From contig JNEM01011380.1 in the NCBI GenBank assembly GCA_000697335.1, forward strand, positions 1 to 36,168: a stretch of 36,168 bases of DNA. Direction: 5' to 3'. The notes below the pieces were generated by a model. The model was not told where the DNA came from. It saw only the letters and a program-made list of their open reading frames with translations, and ran no database searches. The DNA is from Conidiobolus incongruus B7586 (taxonomy: Eukaryota). The translations under genes and the position numbers were made by a program. Positions 11,701 through 24,439 of this stretch are shown here, one piece after another; position 1 is the stretch's first letter, and every line of letters starts with the position of its first letter.

Positions 11701-13228
11701 GTTTGTTAGGATGGAAAGAAAGATTATTGTATTGCTACCTGGTCAAACCTGTTGAGTTTAGGGTAATATTATTATATAATTAAAATTCTTGTCGATAATA
11801 TTAACTTTTAATTTTAGAATGCAATGGGATTTGATGGATTTAGTGCTACCATTGTTTCTGAATATACTTGGTTACTTCAAACTTTAATTGAGTTGATGAA
11901 TCCTAAAAATTATCCTAATTTACCAAGTAATTATATATCATTAAATATTTTATTTTATTCATTTTCTAATTAAAATTACAGATGATTTTGAATTAATCAA
12001 AGCCGAACTAATGAAGGCATGCGATACACTCCTATTAGAAAGTAGTAATTTGGTCAAATCTTTATTACATCAAACTTTCGAAATTGAAATGATTCCTGAA
12101 GTTTTGAACCATTTGCCCTCCGCAAAAGCTGCTGTTAGAGAAAAAGACTTTGCATTCAGTATGCTGCAAAATTTAATGCTTGGTTCCGAATGTCAGCAAT
12201 GGTTTAGTATATGTTTAACGGGCCATATTGTTAATATGGTTGATCCAGATAAAAAGTAAGATTTGGCATATCTAACCGAATATAATGCATGTATTAATCT
12301 AACATTGATTATATTTAGGAAGCAAATTTGCAATGATAAATTTATTGAAAAGATCAAAAAAGTAGCGAAACAATACTTTGACAAATATCCGTTACATAAC
12401 TCGACACTCAAGCAATATATCAGCCCTAACCAAATTAAATCTGCATTGCTGCTTATTGGCAAGAATTATCCTCCTTGTGACCTTGATATGAACACTCTGA
12501 TCAATAATCTACCATTTGACAGCTCAATTATCGAAACTCCTAAGTTGTCCAATACCAATCAATCCGTCGATTTCGATTTTAAGTTCCAATATTTCTATAA
12601 TAATCTGAAATTAACATTGATAAGCTCTCCATCCACTGTATCCCCAAGTAGGTCTGCTAGGCCAACAACGCCTCCTAATGCTTACCATCCACCTCTAAAT
12701 CGTGGAGGAGGCGACTTTCCTAATGATGATCACCATTTCACCAAGAGAGGTCCTTCCACCAATGATTACGACTCCCAACCTGGCAACAAGGGTCCCAATA
12801 CTACGTATAAGAAATTCAAGCGAGATGGCTCCGATACTGGAATATACAGACCCTCCCCATCTACTAACTATACCAAACCATCACGTATTGGAAGCTCGAA
12901 TATTTCGAACCAAGTTGGCAACAAATCACCTATCAACATATCTTCTAACGTTCGACCCAATACTTCACAATACCATAATCAACACCCTCAACCCCAACCA
13001 TTCAGAGAAGGTGGGGGAAGTAACAGATTTCCACCCAGTGGCAATCGTCCACCGCCAAGTCGCAAACCTGGCGGCTATACTGGCAGCAATCGCGAACAGG
13101 AAGATCGATTCGGACATTCTAACTCCCGCGGTAGAGGCAAAAACTTTATGAAAGGACCCGGAAGCGGTAGGGGCAAATCGATGGGAGGTGCAGGAGGAGG
13201 TAATCGGAGAGGATCTAATATTGAATAG
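8734..13228 (+). CDS. INTS2: Integrator complex subunit 2-like protein, 13 exons, about 1274 aa, with a C-terminal low-complexity/RGG tail
   Basis: Twelve GT-AG introns (8812-8863, 8996-9055, 9155-9208, 9265-9318, 10302-10353, 10655-10713, 10890-10944, 11126-11186, 11638-11687, 11763-11817, 11927-11981, 12256-12318) give one continuous frame. Collinear blocks resemble recalled metazoan INTS2 motifs: CDQWI...RLLDVYIQ, YSHQIMDKVPL, VWKRLHSKIPNLVWTYT, DSLMSDVMMAFR, NLVKSLLHQTFEIEMIPEVLNHLPS, QQWFSICLTGHI. Confidence 0.78.
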
Positions 13229-13578
13229 GTTTCAATCCAGTATTTAGCCATTACTTTATTATTGATAATATATTAAGATTTCAAGTGAAAATTTATAATT
13301 TAATTGAATTGATTATAGAGCTTATAAAGAATATTTAAAATATAACTTGAATTTACATGATAAATTTAATTATTGTTATTATTATATTAAAACATATTCT
13401 ATTAGTTGAATTTTGAATAAATTTCAAAATAATTATTACTAAATTTTATTTCTAAAATTTTTGGAATTCGAATAATATATATATAAATTGTTCAAAGCCA
13501 ATATAATAAAAAATATTAAAAATTTTTAAATTTAAATATTCATTTTGATATTCATAAAAATTTTTATTCAATCAATGA

Positions 13579-13902
13579 TTAATTCTTAGGAATTGTTACA
13601 ACATCCAAGAGATCGCCCACCAAACCTCCATGATGAATCTCCTGTCTCTTTAACTGTTCAGGCTTTAGACCTGCTAAGAGTGCATTCTCTCCGTTTGCAT
13701 TGGGCAACAACTGCAATTGAGTTAAATCCAATCCTAATAATCCTTTCACCACATTGTTCAAATTGCCAGCTGTCTGGTCAATTTGGCTGCGAGTGTTGGT
13801 ATTAATTAACCCGAGAAGTTGGCCGTCCTGCTGGCCTACTTGCACGCCGAGATTAAGAGCTCGGATGGAGATGATGGAAGTGGCTAAAATTAAAAATTTC
13901 AT
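13579..13902 (-). CDS. Small secreted Cys-free Leu/Gly/Asn/Gln-rich protein, paralog 1 (107 aa)
   Basis: Signal-peptide-like MKFLILATSIISIRA, TATAAA about 75 nt upstream, and full-length similarity to 14550-14876. Confidence 0.85.
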   Translation of the reverse strand: MKFLILATSIISIRALNLGVQVGQQDGQLLGLINTNTRSQIDQTAGNLNNVVKGLLGLDLTQLQLLPNANGENALLAGLKPEQLKRQEIHHGGLVGDLLDVVTIPKN

Positions 13903-14236
13903 AATTGTAAAAATATTATTAATTAAACTAATAATTGAATGATTGATACTTTTCCATCATTTGGTTAATGTGTATTTATATTGAAAGTTCTTCAATGCTA
14001 TAGCATTTACTAGAACCATATTATTTCAGTTAGCATTAAACTTGAGGATAAATTTTATTGTTTGATACATTTGAATCTTTAGATGATTGCTAACCACTTG
14101 ATTAAGTAATGCACAGAGATGTTTTTGAGAAACTTAAAATCCAAATAAAAAATTATTAAAATAATTAAGAATACATTATTAATGATTATTAAATAATTTT
14201 GATAAAATTTTAAAATAGATATAAATAAGTAAGATA

Positions 14237-14278
<42 letters not shown>
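14237..14278. repeat. (TAT)14 microsatellite
   Basis: Perfect trinucleotide run between the two secreted-protein paralogs. Confidence 0.9.
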
Positions 14279-14281
<3 letters not shown>

Positions 14282-14549
14282 AATTTTAAAGTCAAGATAT
14301 AATAATATATATTTAATATCAATTAAAAATATAAAGATTTCTAACAATTACATGGTATTTATACTTTTAACAATCAGTATACTTATGAAAGAATATAATT
14401 CAAATATTTTAATATGATAATTATAATAATTTCAATTTTGTTAAATATCAAATATAATATATTTAAAACATTTTATTAATATTAAAATATTAAACTTTAA
14501 TAGTTTTAAAAATATTTATATATTTAATAATTTATTAATACATTAATAA

Positions 14550-14876
14550 TTAATTCTGGGGAATAGTAACGACATCCAACAAATCGTTAACTAATCCAGA
14601 TTTTTCACTTCCTTGGTTTTGAAGTTGCTCTGGCTTAAGAGATGCTAAGACCTCATTTTCATTATTTTCGTTAGGAAGTACTTGTAATTGAGCCAAGTCT
14701 AAACCTAATAGTCCTTCGACAGTGTCAGTCAATTCTCCAGTAGTGTGATCGAGCTGACTGCGAGTGTCCGAGTCGACTAATCCCAAAAGTGGACCGTCCT
14801 GTTGGCCAACTTGAACATCAATACTGAGAGCATTAATAGCAACAATTGAGGCAAGTAAAGTGATTAACAATTTCAT
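14550..14876 (-). CDS. Small secreted Cys-free Leu-rich acidic protein, paralog 2 (108 aa)
   Basis: Signal-peptide-like MKLLITLLASIVAINA and TATAAA about 80 nt upstream. Shares VQVGQQDGxLLGL, TRSQ, GLLGLDL, LKPEQL and GLVxDLLDVVTIP with paralog 1. Confidence 0.85.
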   Translation of the reverse strand: MKLLITLLASIVAINALSIDVQVGQQDGPLLGLVDSDTRSQLDHTTGELTDTVEGLLGLDLAQLQVLPNENNENEVLASLKPEQLQNQGSEKSGLVNDLLDVVTIPQN

Positions 14877-15497
14877 AATTGTAGTATTGATATTATAGTA
14901 TTGATTAAATGTATAAAAATGACGATGATATTCAATTGTTAACCTCCTGCCTTATTTATATTTTGAATAATTACATGATATAATATAGGTTAAAACTATA
15001 ATTTTCATAATTTAACAAATTTTGTGGTTACAAATAACCTTAAATTTTTTTACGGATATTAAAATTTCCATAATTAAATTGTTAAATAAGTTGGTTTATA
15101 AGGATCTTTCTGATTTCATCTAACTTGGTTATATTAGTTGCATTAATCTCTTGATAATGTTAAATTGATTTAGCCTTACAGTAATGATTTACAGTCGTAG
15201 TTTCGTTACTTGATCATATAATATCTGCAACACTTGTTAAACTCTGAAAATGTTAATTAATTATTATTATAAATATTGTGAGGTTTTTGAAAAAATATAC
15301 TTATCCAATATGAGTTTATATGATTTTGTCATATAAAGATAATATTTTTGGAATATTATCTTTCAAAATAATTGTTTAAATCAAAAAAAAAACTGAAAAA
15401 ATTCTTTGTAATTATAAAAATTTGTTAGATTGATTATGATTTATTAATCAAACAAAAAAATTGAAGAAAATGCAAAAAATGAAAATAAAGAAAAACT

Positions 15498-17454
15498 CTA
15501 ATAACTTTGACCCATTTCGGATCCTCCTACACTCAAATTCTCCAATACGATACCTTCGTCGTAGCCTTTGGGAATGTCGAACCAATTGGGACCCAATTCT
15601 TCGTCGAGTTTGTCCGTCCATTTCCTGTAGCCCGTGAATCCAATCTTGACTGAAATCATCGGGACAATGGGAATCTGAAGCTGGATGGGAAAGCCAGGAG
15701 GTAAATTGAACATGAGGAAGTTGCGCAATTTGTCTACCAGTTGATTGCTGCTGAGACTGGCAATTTCCAGAAATGGCATAATGTGGTCAATGTTAAGAGG
15801 GAAGGTGGGCTCTTTGGGATCACTTGTCGGGAGTTGGGGATCGTTGCTACTCGAGAAACTTTGCTGAGTTTTAGCCATCCACACCGTTGCTTTCATGGAG
15901 TGTCTCCATTCTTTTTTGACAATGGGGCGACCTAAGTGGATATGGTTGGTGGAATTTGTGTCAAAGTATTGCTCCAAAGTCACCGAGGATGGAGGTGGTG
16001 CAGGTAGACTTGGACAGTACTTTTGAAGTTCTTCCAACTCAGATTGGAGTTGTTCTCCAAGTTTGTCCAAGTCTTCTCCTTTGGGTGGGTTGGAATCCAC
16101 TAGGGTTACTTGGGATTGGTCGGATGATGTAACATTTGTTTCGGGCTCCTAATCAATTACAATTAATTTGAATATATGTAATAAATATTGAATTACCTCA
16201 ATAATTTTAGCATTTGGATTAACTTTAAGATGTTCTGATCTAGTCCTGCTCTTAATATTGATATTATCCATTTTCCAAACTTCGCAATTATAGTCGCCAA
16301 TCTTCTCAACCTTGGGCTTGGATCCAAATGGCCAGAATCCACTCGTCTCCCTCTCGAACTTGATATGACTGGTGCGCACATTGGTATAGGTAAAAGCACT
16401 GTTGAGCAAAGAATTCATCTGAGCGTTCAAAATCTCTGGATCCATTTCGCTATTCTTCTTATCATCACTTCCATTCTCTTCAGCGTAGTGTATATTTTGA
16501 TAGATTTGTTTATCGTGGTCAATGGCGACAATCACAGGCTCTAATATTTACTAATTAGGTTGAATTGAATAATTAATAATTAATGAAAATTACCTGAACC
16601 GTCTGACATTTTAAAAATGTAACTAATGTTACCCCGTTTCCATTTCATATTTTCAAATCCAGCTAATTTTCACTATTAGTAATGATTATATTAAATAATA
16701 ATATATCTATTATAACCTAAAGTGGTATCTATTCTAAACCAACCGTTCTAAACTAAAATAAATAAAATATGAATAAATAAACTATTTATTAAATTACCTT
16801 CTTGTAAATTTTATACTGATCGCTTGGGCAAAAGTTGGAGATTAAAGGAACTAAAACAAGTTTAACATAATAAATATATCATAGTCATAAATTATTTACT
16901 CCAAGTTTGTATTCCCCAATTAATTTCTAGGTAAAAATCTTTCATATCCTTATAAACTATTAATATTATAAAAAAAATAATTAAATAATATTGTTAATTA
17001 CTCCTTTTAAGTTTAAATGTTTCGTTGGCGATTTAGACTCCATTAAAGCTTTCATCTGTTCAGTCTTCTTCCTCAACTAAACAATATCTGAATATCTTAT
17101 ATATATATATTTAAAAAAAATATTTTATATTACCACAAGTTCCAATATTTGCCTATTACCCAAACTGGTAGCCTCATTGGTCAGTGTCCACCCTTCCTGA
17201 TTCTTGATAATGCAACTAGCACCAGCCTTAATGAGAATTTTAACACATTCTAAATATCCTTTCATAACTGCAATATGTAAAGCAGTACATCCTCTATGGT
17301 CTAAAGCGTCAATATTAGGATATGGAGGATTTGGTTCAAAATAGTTTTGAAGAAAGATTTCTAAATCTTGATATAAATTTAAAAATACTAACTTATGTAA
17401 AGCTAATTCGTCAGTCACTTGAATACCCAAATTGTTAAAATTATAATATGTCAT
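15498..17454 (-). CDS. ANKRD13-family protein (N-terminal ankyrin repeats plus GPCR-chaperone domain; no UIMs seen, so ANKRD13C-like), 8 exons
   Basis: Ankyrin repeats (DHRGCTALHIAVMKGYLECVKILIKAGA; NQEGWTLTNEATSLG). Spliced small exons give DFYLEINWGIQTWIPLISNFCPSDQYKIYKK, RIDTTLAGFENMKWKRGNISYIF and the C-terminal LPPGFPIQLQIPI. Seven GT-AG introns keep the frame. Confidence 0.88.
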
Positions 17455-17507
17455 ATTGGTATTTTTTTCCTCCTTTCTATTATTAATATTTTATTATTTT
17501 AATAATG

Positions 17508-17546
<39 letters not shown>

Positions 17547-17560
17547 TATATATATATATA
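17508..17560. repeat. Compound (ATA)n/(TA)n microsatellite just upstream of the ANKRD13-like start
   Basis: About 13 ATA units followed by a TA dinucleotide run. Confidence 0.85.
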
Positions 17561-19112
17561 ATTTTTAAAAATAAAGAGTATATATTTTAATTCAAAAAAT
17601 CTCAAAATAAGAATAAAAATTAATTTATAGTATTTTAATAGTATAATAATAACTAAAATTGATTAAATTTCGATTTTAATTTCTGAATAAATTATTTTAA
17701 ATTACAAAATATTACATAGTTTCAAATTTTGAATTAATTTGATTATTTAATGAAATAGTTAAAAATAATATTTTTTTAAATATATATGAAATAATAGAAT
17801 TCAATCTTGGTAATATGTTATCTGTCAATTTTATTTCATAATGATAATATTCTATTTTTTTACTTTTTTAATATTTTTTTATCAATTTTAAAATTTAATC
17901 TAACTTTTTTATATTGAATTCTATTTAATAATTTAAATTTTGGATTTTAATATAATTTTCAAAATAATAAATATTTAAATTTTTTATGAATTTTAAAGAA
18001 TAATAATAACTATAACTATATATCAATAAGACAACGTCGTTATACCAATTATTATATTTTTAAAAATAATTATAAATAGAGTGGTTAAAATATTTGTTGA
18101 TATATTAAATTAATTACTGATAAGAATAACACAATATAAATATATAAACCATTCACAAGGGTTAACAAAATTTTAAGTATTTTAGAAAGATATTTTATGC
18201 AATTAATGGTTTTTTAATTTTTTTTTCAAAATAAAAATATAATTGTAATTCAAATGGATTAGATATTTATATTAATATAAAATAAAGAAATTTTAAATAT
18301 ATTAAAATTTAATTAAATTATATATACATATATATAACTGATACAAAATTGAAAATAAAATTATATCAAAAAAAAATAATTATATATTATAATTATTTAC
18401 AAATTTATTAAACTAGACTTAATAAATTATTTTAGAATATTATCTTGAAAGAATACTACTCAACTTTTTAAATATATAGTGTGTAAAATATATATTAAAA
18501 TATTTTACTTTTAATTAACTATTATTTAAAATATATTGATTTTTAAATTTTAATATATTTATAAATTTATGATATAAAATTATAAGTATTATTTTGTTTT
18601 GATTATTATATTTTTGAATATATAGTATATAATAGTGTGAAATATATTAATTATTTTATTTTTTATTAAAATTATATAACAGATCTGATTTTTAATATAT
18701 TTGATTTATTCATCAAAAAAATCTATTATATATTATATTAAATTTTAAATTTTATACTCAATAATTCCTTTTTTATTAAAAAAATATTATATAAAATAAG
18801 TAATATTTATAATTATTTAAATAATAAAAACTATAAAATTTTAAAATGTTAAAATGTTAAAATGTTTAATACTTTTATTTTAATAGTGTAAAAAATTTGA
18901 AAAAAAAGATAATAGGCTAAAAAATGATTATAACAAATTATTACTAATTATTTTACAATTATAATTAATTTTAAATTTTTATACTTTATAATTTAAATAT
19001 ATACATTATTTGAAATAATGATTAAATTTATTTAATTATTATATTTCTGAGTAAATTAAAAAATTTAATAGATTCAAGATTATTTGTTGAATTAAATACC
19101 TAACTAAAATAC

Positions 19113-19475
19113 TGTTACAAGATAGGAATCTTTACTCTCACCAAGTATTCTTGCTTCAACTGAATTTAATGATCATTTGTCCTTCGCATGTAGATTCACT
19201 TACTTTTCATTCGTTGATTAGCTTTTCAGCTAAGCCACTGCAGTATCTTCAAAATCTCTTTACTTGACTTACATTATAACAACCCAGAGTTTGGATCATT
19301 CACGACAAGATCAGCCCGATCTGGGTCCTCTCTGCTATTTGACAGTATCAATAAAACACCTTTTCAGCCCAACCTATAGCTGAATATCCCTGATCACTCC
19401 CTTTACTAATTCTGATCATAGCACTACTTTCAATACTCAAATTTGACTATTGTCGATCTCCGATCATTAGTACTA
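19113..19475. mobile_element. Possible LTR-retroelement relic (GC-enriched island in an AT desert)
   Basis: Begins abruptly with TGTTACAA at 19113. TTATAACA ending at 19281 is a 7/8 inverted match. No ORF and no target-site duplication found. Confidence 0.3.
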
Positions 19476-22310
19476 TTTGGAATATTTTTTAAAGAAAAAT
19501 TTAATTAGATTTAAGAGTATTGATGTGAAACTGTGATTACATCAAACAAACAGACTGTACTTCAAATTTGATTTTAGGTTTCAATTTAATTCATTTTAAA
19601 TATTATAATATTTCCTTTAATTCTGATGGATTATTCTTGCAAATATTAATTATATATTTGTGTGATTACAACATTGATATCAGTTAAAAATCAATGCTAA
19701 CTTTATTTTACACTTGACTAATATAAAATATGAAAAATTTTAATCAGTAAAAGTATATTCAAGTATTATACTATGAATATAAATTATTCATTAATTATAT
19801 AAAGAATAAACAAATGTAATTATTTTTAAAATATTAAATTTGGATATAGTTATAATAGTAAAAAAATGTATTAATTAAGAGTGTTATTTAAAATATAATT
19901 TAATTGGATATTTTTCAAATAATATCGTTTGATTGGTTACAATCAATATATACTTTTTTTATGGTATACTGTCGAAATTAAAAAGAAACACGTGATATTT
20001 TTGTCATATTTTTTAATTGGAATTTTGTTTAATTGAATATTAATATATAAGATAAAAGCACACAATAACAATAACAATCAACTTATGAAAAACTTGAAGG
20101 GAGCGAATTCTTTTTGAATTTAACAATTAAAGAGATTCATAAATAAACAAGTATTTTTGTATATTTCTAAAAAATATATTATCATATAATTATATTATTA
20201 TATGTTTTAATAAAAAAATTAATTAATCAAATGAATTCAGTTTTAAATTTTAAATTATATCCATTCCTTAATATGTTTTCCAAATTGATGTATTGAATTA
20301 ATTTTAAAATAAAAATAATTTTCAATAGGTGAAAATATATTATATAATTTCAATATTTATTGTACAATACTTATAACATTGTTTAATTACTTTGATTTAT
20401 TTTTATTATCGTCTTAGTAATTGTACAGCCTACCTTAAAAGAAATGCTTTATTTATTAATATACACGTCAAATCTTCTAAATTCCATTAATGAGTCAAAT
20501 TATCTTGCATAAATATCTTTTTTTTCTTTTGTAGAAGAATATAGGAAATCGGTTGTATTATTATTTGTAAAGTTTGAAATTAATTAAAAATTTTTGTCAA
20601 TTAATTTGTATTACTAATTCTATAAAAAAATATTAAAATATTATATATAAGAATAATTGGAAATTTCTTAGGAAATAATTATTAATAATTTTTTTTGAAA
20701 TTGAAAACTTTTTCAATTTGAATAATTCAAATATATATATATGAATTTTATTTTTATCCTCAAAATTTTTCCCATAATTAAAACTGCAAAAGAAATTATT
20801 TACATGAATAATTGGTAATAATCGGGGATTTTGTTCAAAGAATTAATAACGTGTCAATTGTTGGTTTTAATTATTGATTAATAAACATCCAAAAAAATAT
20901 ACTTGGTACAATCTATTAATAGTAAAAACTACATAATATCGGGATTGATTATAAATATATATATATATTCATATTCAAAGCAAACTAGATAAAAATTTTA
21001 ATATAATTTTAAATCCATAACTATTATTTACCTAAAAATTGATAATTTTTATTATTGAAAAATTTATCTTATGCTCAAAAGTTTTCTCAACAATTCATTA
21101 ATTGTATGCTAAATGATTTCATACAATTATATTTAATTCAAATTTATCCTTAAAAAAAGATAGATAATATCTAAAAAATTGAGAACAGTTGAGTACAAAT
21201 TGATGTGAAATTTAAAGTTTCTGATTAATCATATAATAACATTATTTATAAACAAGAGTTAATATTTTAAAGAGTTTAGAAATTTTTTTTCAAGGTTTTA
21301 ATTTATTGTCATGTTAATTTTATTAAAAAAAATAAATTATTTACTTAATTGGGAAATGGATTTTGAATTTTTTTTTCAAAAATATATTTATATTAAAAAA
21401 ATAAAATAAAAGGAAAATTTTATATAAATTAAATATTTATAATAAAATTTATTTTATTAAATTTATAAACTAATATAATTTTTAAATTTAAATTAAACTT
21501 AAATTAATTATTTAAAATATTTTTATATTTAAAAATTAAAAATAAATTATTAATGGGTTATTAATATAGGTTAATCAATATATATATTATCATAAAAAAG
21601 ATATAATTCAATTCATTTAACAAGTTATTTAATTTGATTATTATAATACTTTTATTTTTAATATAAAAATATCTAGAATTGATTAATAAATAATAATTAA
21701 ATAAATTTTTGATTGTTTAAAAAAATCAGCTTTATGATCAATAAAATATAATAGATATATATAAATAAAAAAGTATTGTATATCATATTAATATCATTAA
21801 ATTATAAAAAAAATAATTTAAAAATTTTATATTTAATATTGTATTATTTTCTATATTTTCTTAATATTGATAGGTATGTTTTTAATGGGCATAAATTACG
21901 ATTATAAGCATAAATGATTTAATTGTAATTCGCATTCAAAATGTAAATATGCTTTAAAAATGATTTTATAATTATTTTATTGCATATTTTCACTAGAACT
22001 TTTAACTAAACTTTGTAAATATTCAAAAGATGAATTTGACTAAAAATTTTTTTGTATTTTAAATAATATTTGGACATGTGATATTATTGAAAAATATCTA
22101 AAGTGATAGTATTAAGTATTTATTCCAATTTATGTTTATATCAATTTATCTAGTACAAAATATCAATTTTGGGAAATTTTCTCAACATATTAAAATATTG
22201 AAAAATTCAATTTATTACAATTAGAATTTTTTAAAATTATGGATCACAAAACCTGCAATTGAACTGAATCAATAATATGATTGGTCGATTCATAAGGATG
22301 ATTTAAGTAA

Positions 22311-22369
22311 GAACGGTAAGGCATTCTCTGGAATTTACTAGAATAATGACTTAATTAGTATTATATAAA
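22311..22369 (+). promoter_or_regulatory. Heat-shock element plus TATA box of Hsp70 copy 1
   Basis: CTCtgGAAttTACtaGAA (imperfect nGAAn array, core 22331-22343), TATAAA at 22364-22369, and a reverse CCAAT (ATTGG) at about 22280. Confidence 0.65.
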
Positions 22370-22483
22370 GACGCGTGAGGTAATTGTTTGCAACCAATTC
22401 GAATTATTGTTCAGATTCAAATCAAAAATTCTCGTATATTTTGTATTTTATCTTATCTTGCAATAATTTATATATAATTTAAA

Positions 22484-24439
22484 ATGACCTCTGGACGTGC
22501 TGTTGGTATTGATTTGGGTACTACTTACTCTTGTGTTGCCGTTTGGCAAAACGATCGTGTTGAAATTATTGCCAACGATCAAGGTAATCGTACTACTCCC
22601 TCTTATGTTGCTTTCACCGATACCGAACGTTTGATTGGTGACGCTGCCAAAAACCAAGTCGCCATGAACCCCTTTAACACAGTTTTCGATGCTAAGCGTT
22701 TGATCGGTCGTCGTTTCGCTGAAGACGAAGTTCAAAGTGATATGAAACACTGGCCATTCAAGGTCATTGATAGCAATGGTTTACCCAAGATTCAAGTTGA
22801 ATACAAGGGTGAAAAGAAGATCTTCACTCCCGAAGAAATTTCTTCTATGGTCTTAGTCAAGATGCGTGAAGTTGCTGAAGCTTACCTTGGTACCAGCGTC
22901 ACCAACGCTGTCATCACTGTCCCCGCTTACTTCAACGACTCTCAACGTCAAGCTACCAAGGATGCTGGTGTCATTGCTGGTTTGAATGTTCTCCGTATCA
23001 TCAACGAACCTACTGCTGCCGCCATTGCCTATGGTTTGGACAAGAAGGCTGAAGGTGAAAAGAACGTTTTGATTTTCGATTTGGGTGGTGGTACTTTCGA
23101 TGTCTCCTTATTGACCATTGAAGAAGGTATTTTCGAAGTCAAAGCTACTGCTGGTGATACTCACTTGGGTGGTGAAGATTTCGATAACAGATTGGTCAAC
23201 CACTTCATCCAAGAATTCAAGCGCAAGAACAAGAAGGACTTGTCCGACAATGCTCGTGCTCTTCGTCGTCTTAGAACCGCTTGTGAACGTGCTAAGCGTA
23301 CCTTATCTTCTGCTGCTCAAACTACCATCGAAATTGATTCCTTATTTGAAGGTATTGACTTCTACACCTCCATCACTCGTGCTAGATTCGAGGAACTCTG
23401 TCAAGATCTCTTCCGCTCCACCATGGACCCCGTTGAAAAGGTTCTTCGTGACTCCAAGATCGACAAGTCCTCTGTCGACGAAATTGTCTTGGTCGGTGGT
23501 TCCACTCGTATTCCTAAGATCCAAAAACTCGTTTCTGATTTCTTCAACGGTAAGGAACCTAACAAATCCATCAATCCTGATGAAGCTGTTGCCTATGGTG
23601 CCGCTGTCCAAGCTGCTATCTTGACTGGTGATACCTCTGAAAAGACCCAAGATCTCTTATTATTGGATGTTGCTCCTCTTTCTCTCGGTATTGAAACCGC
23701 TGGTGGTATTATGACTGCTCTTATCAAGCGTAATTCCACTGTCCCCACTAAGAAGTCTGAAATCTTCTCTACCTACGCTGATAATCAACCTGGTGTCTTG
23801 ATTCAAGTCTACGAAGGTGAACGTCCTCGTACCAAGGACAACAACTTGCTCGGTAAGTTCGAACTCACTGGTATCCCTCCTGCTCCTCGTGGTGTTCCTC
23901 AAATTGAAGTTTCTTTCGATATTGATGCTAATGGTATCTTGAACGTCTCTGCTGCAGATAAGTCCACCGGTAAGTCTAACAAGATTACCATCACCAACGA
24001 TAAGGGCCGTCTTTCTAAGGAAGACATTGAACGTATGGTTGCTGAAGCCGAAAAATACAAGGAAGAAGATGAAGCTGCCGCTGCTCGTATCACTGCCCGT
24101 AACGGCTTAGAATCTTATGCCTACAACCTCAAGAACACCATCAACGACGAAAAGTTGGCCGGTAAGTTGAACGAAGAAGATAAGAAGAAGCTCGAAGATG
24201 CCATCAATGAAACCACCACTTGGTTGGATAACTCTGCTGAAGCCTCCAAGGAAGAATACGAAGATAGACAAAAGGAACTCGAAGGTATTGCCAACCCCAT
24301 TATGACCAAGCTCTATCAAGAAGCTGGTGCTGCTGGTGGTATGCCTGGTGGTATGCCCGGTGGCTTCCCTGGTGCTGGTGCTGGTGCTCCTCCTTCCAAC
24401 GAAGGTGGTGCTGGCCCTACCATCGAAGAAGTCGACTAA
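22484..24439 (+). CDS. HSP70: Cytosolic Hsp70 (SSA/Hsc70 type), 651 aa, intronless
   Basis: [36 protein letters not shown] repeats and C-terminal PTIEEVD; strong codon bias. Confidence 0.99.
   Translation: MTSGRAVGIDLGTTYSCVAVWQNDRVEIIANDQGNRTTPSYVAFTDTERLIGDAAKNQVAMNPFNTVFDAKRLIGRRFAEDEVQSDMKHWPFKVIDSNGLPKIQVEYKGEKKIFTPEEISSMVLVKMREVAEAYLGTSVTNAVITVPAYFNDSQRQATKDAGVIAGLNVLRIINEPTAAAIAYGLDKKAEGEKNVLIFDLGGGTFDVSLLTIEEGIFEVKATAGDTHLGGEDFDNRLVNHFIQEFKRKNKKDLSDNARALRRLRTACERAKRTLSSAAQTTIEIDSLFEGIDFYTSITRARFEELCQDLFRSTMDPVEKVLRDSKIDKSSVDEIVLVGGSTRIPKIQKLVSDFFNGKEPNKSINPDEAVAYGAAVQAAILTGDTSEKTQDLLLLDVAPLSLGIETAGGIMTALIKRNSTVPTKKSEIFSTYADNQPGVLIQVYEGERPRTKDNNLLGKFELTGIPPAPRGVPQIEVSFDIDANGILNVSAADKSTGKSNKITITNDKGRLSKEDIERMVAEAEKYKEEDEAAAARITARNGLESYAYNLKNTINDEKLAGKLNEEDKKKLEDAINETTTWLDNSAEASKEEYEDRQKELEGIANPIMTKLYQEAGAAGGMPGGMPGGFPGAGAGAPPSNEGGAGPTIEEVD

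Noticed and set aside
12702..13151. 149-aa alternate-frame ORF in the INTS2-like tail
   Set aside because: Shadow frame of a GC-richer low-complexity exon; GTG start and no recognisable features.
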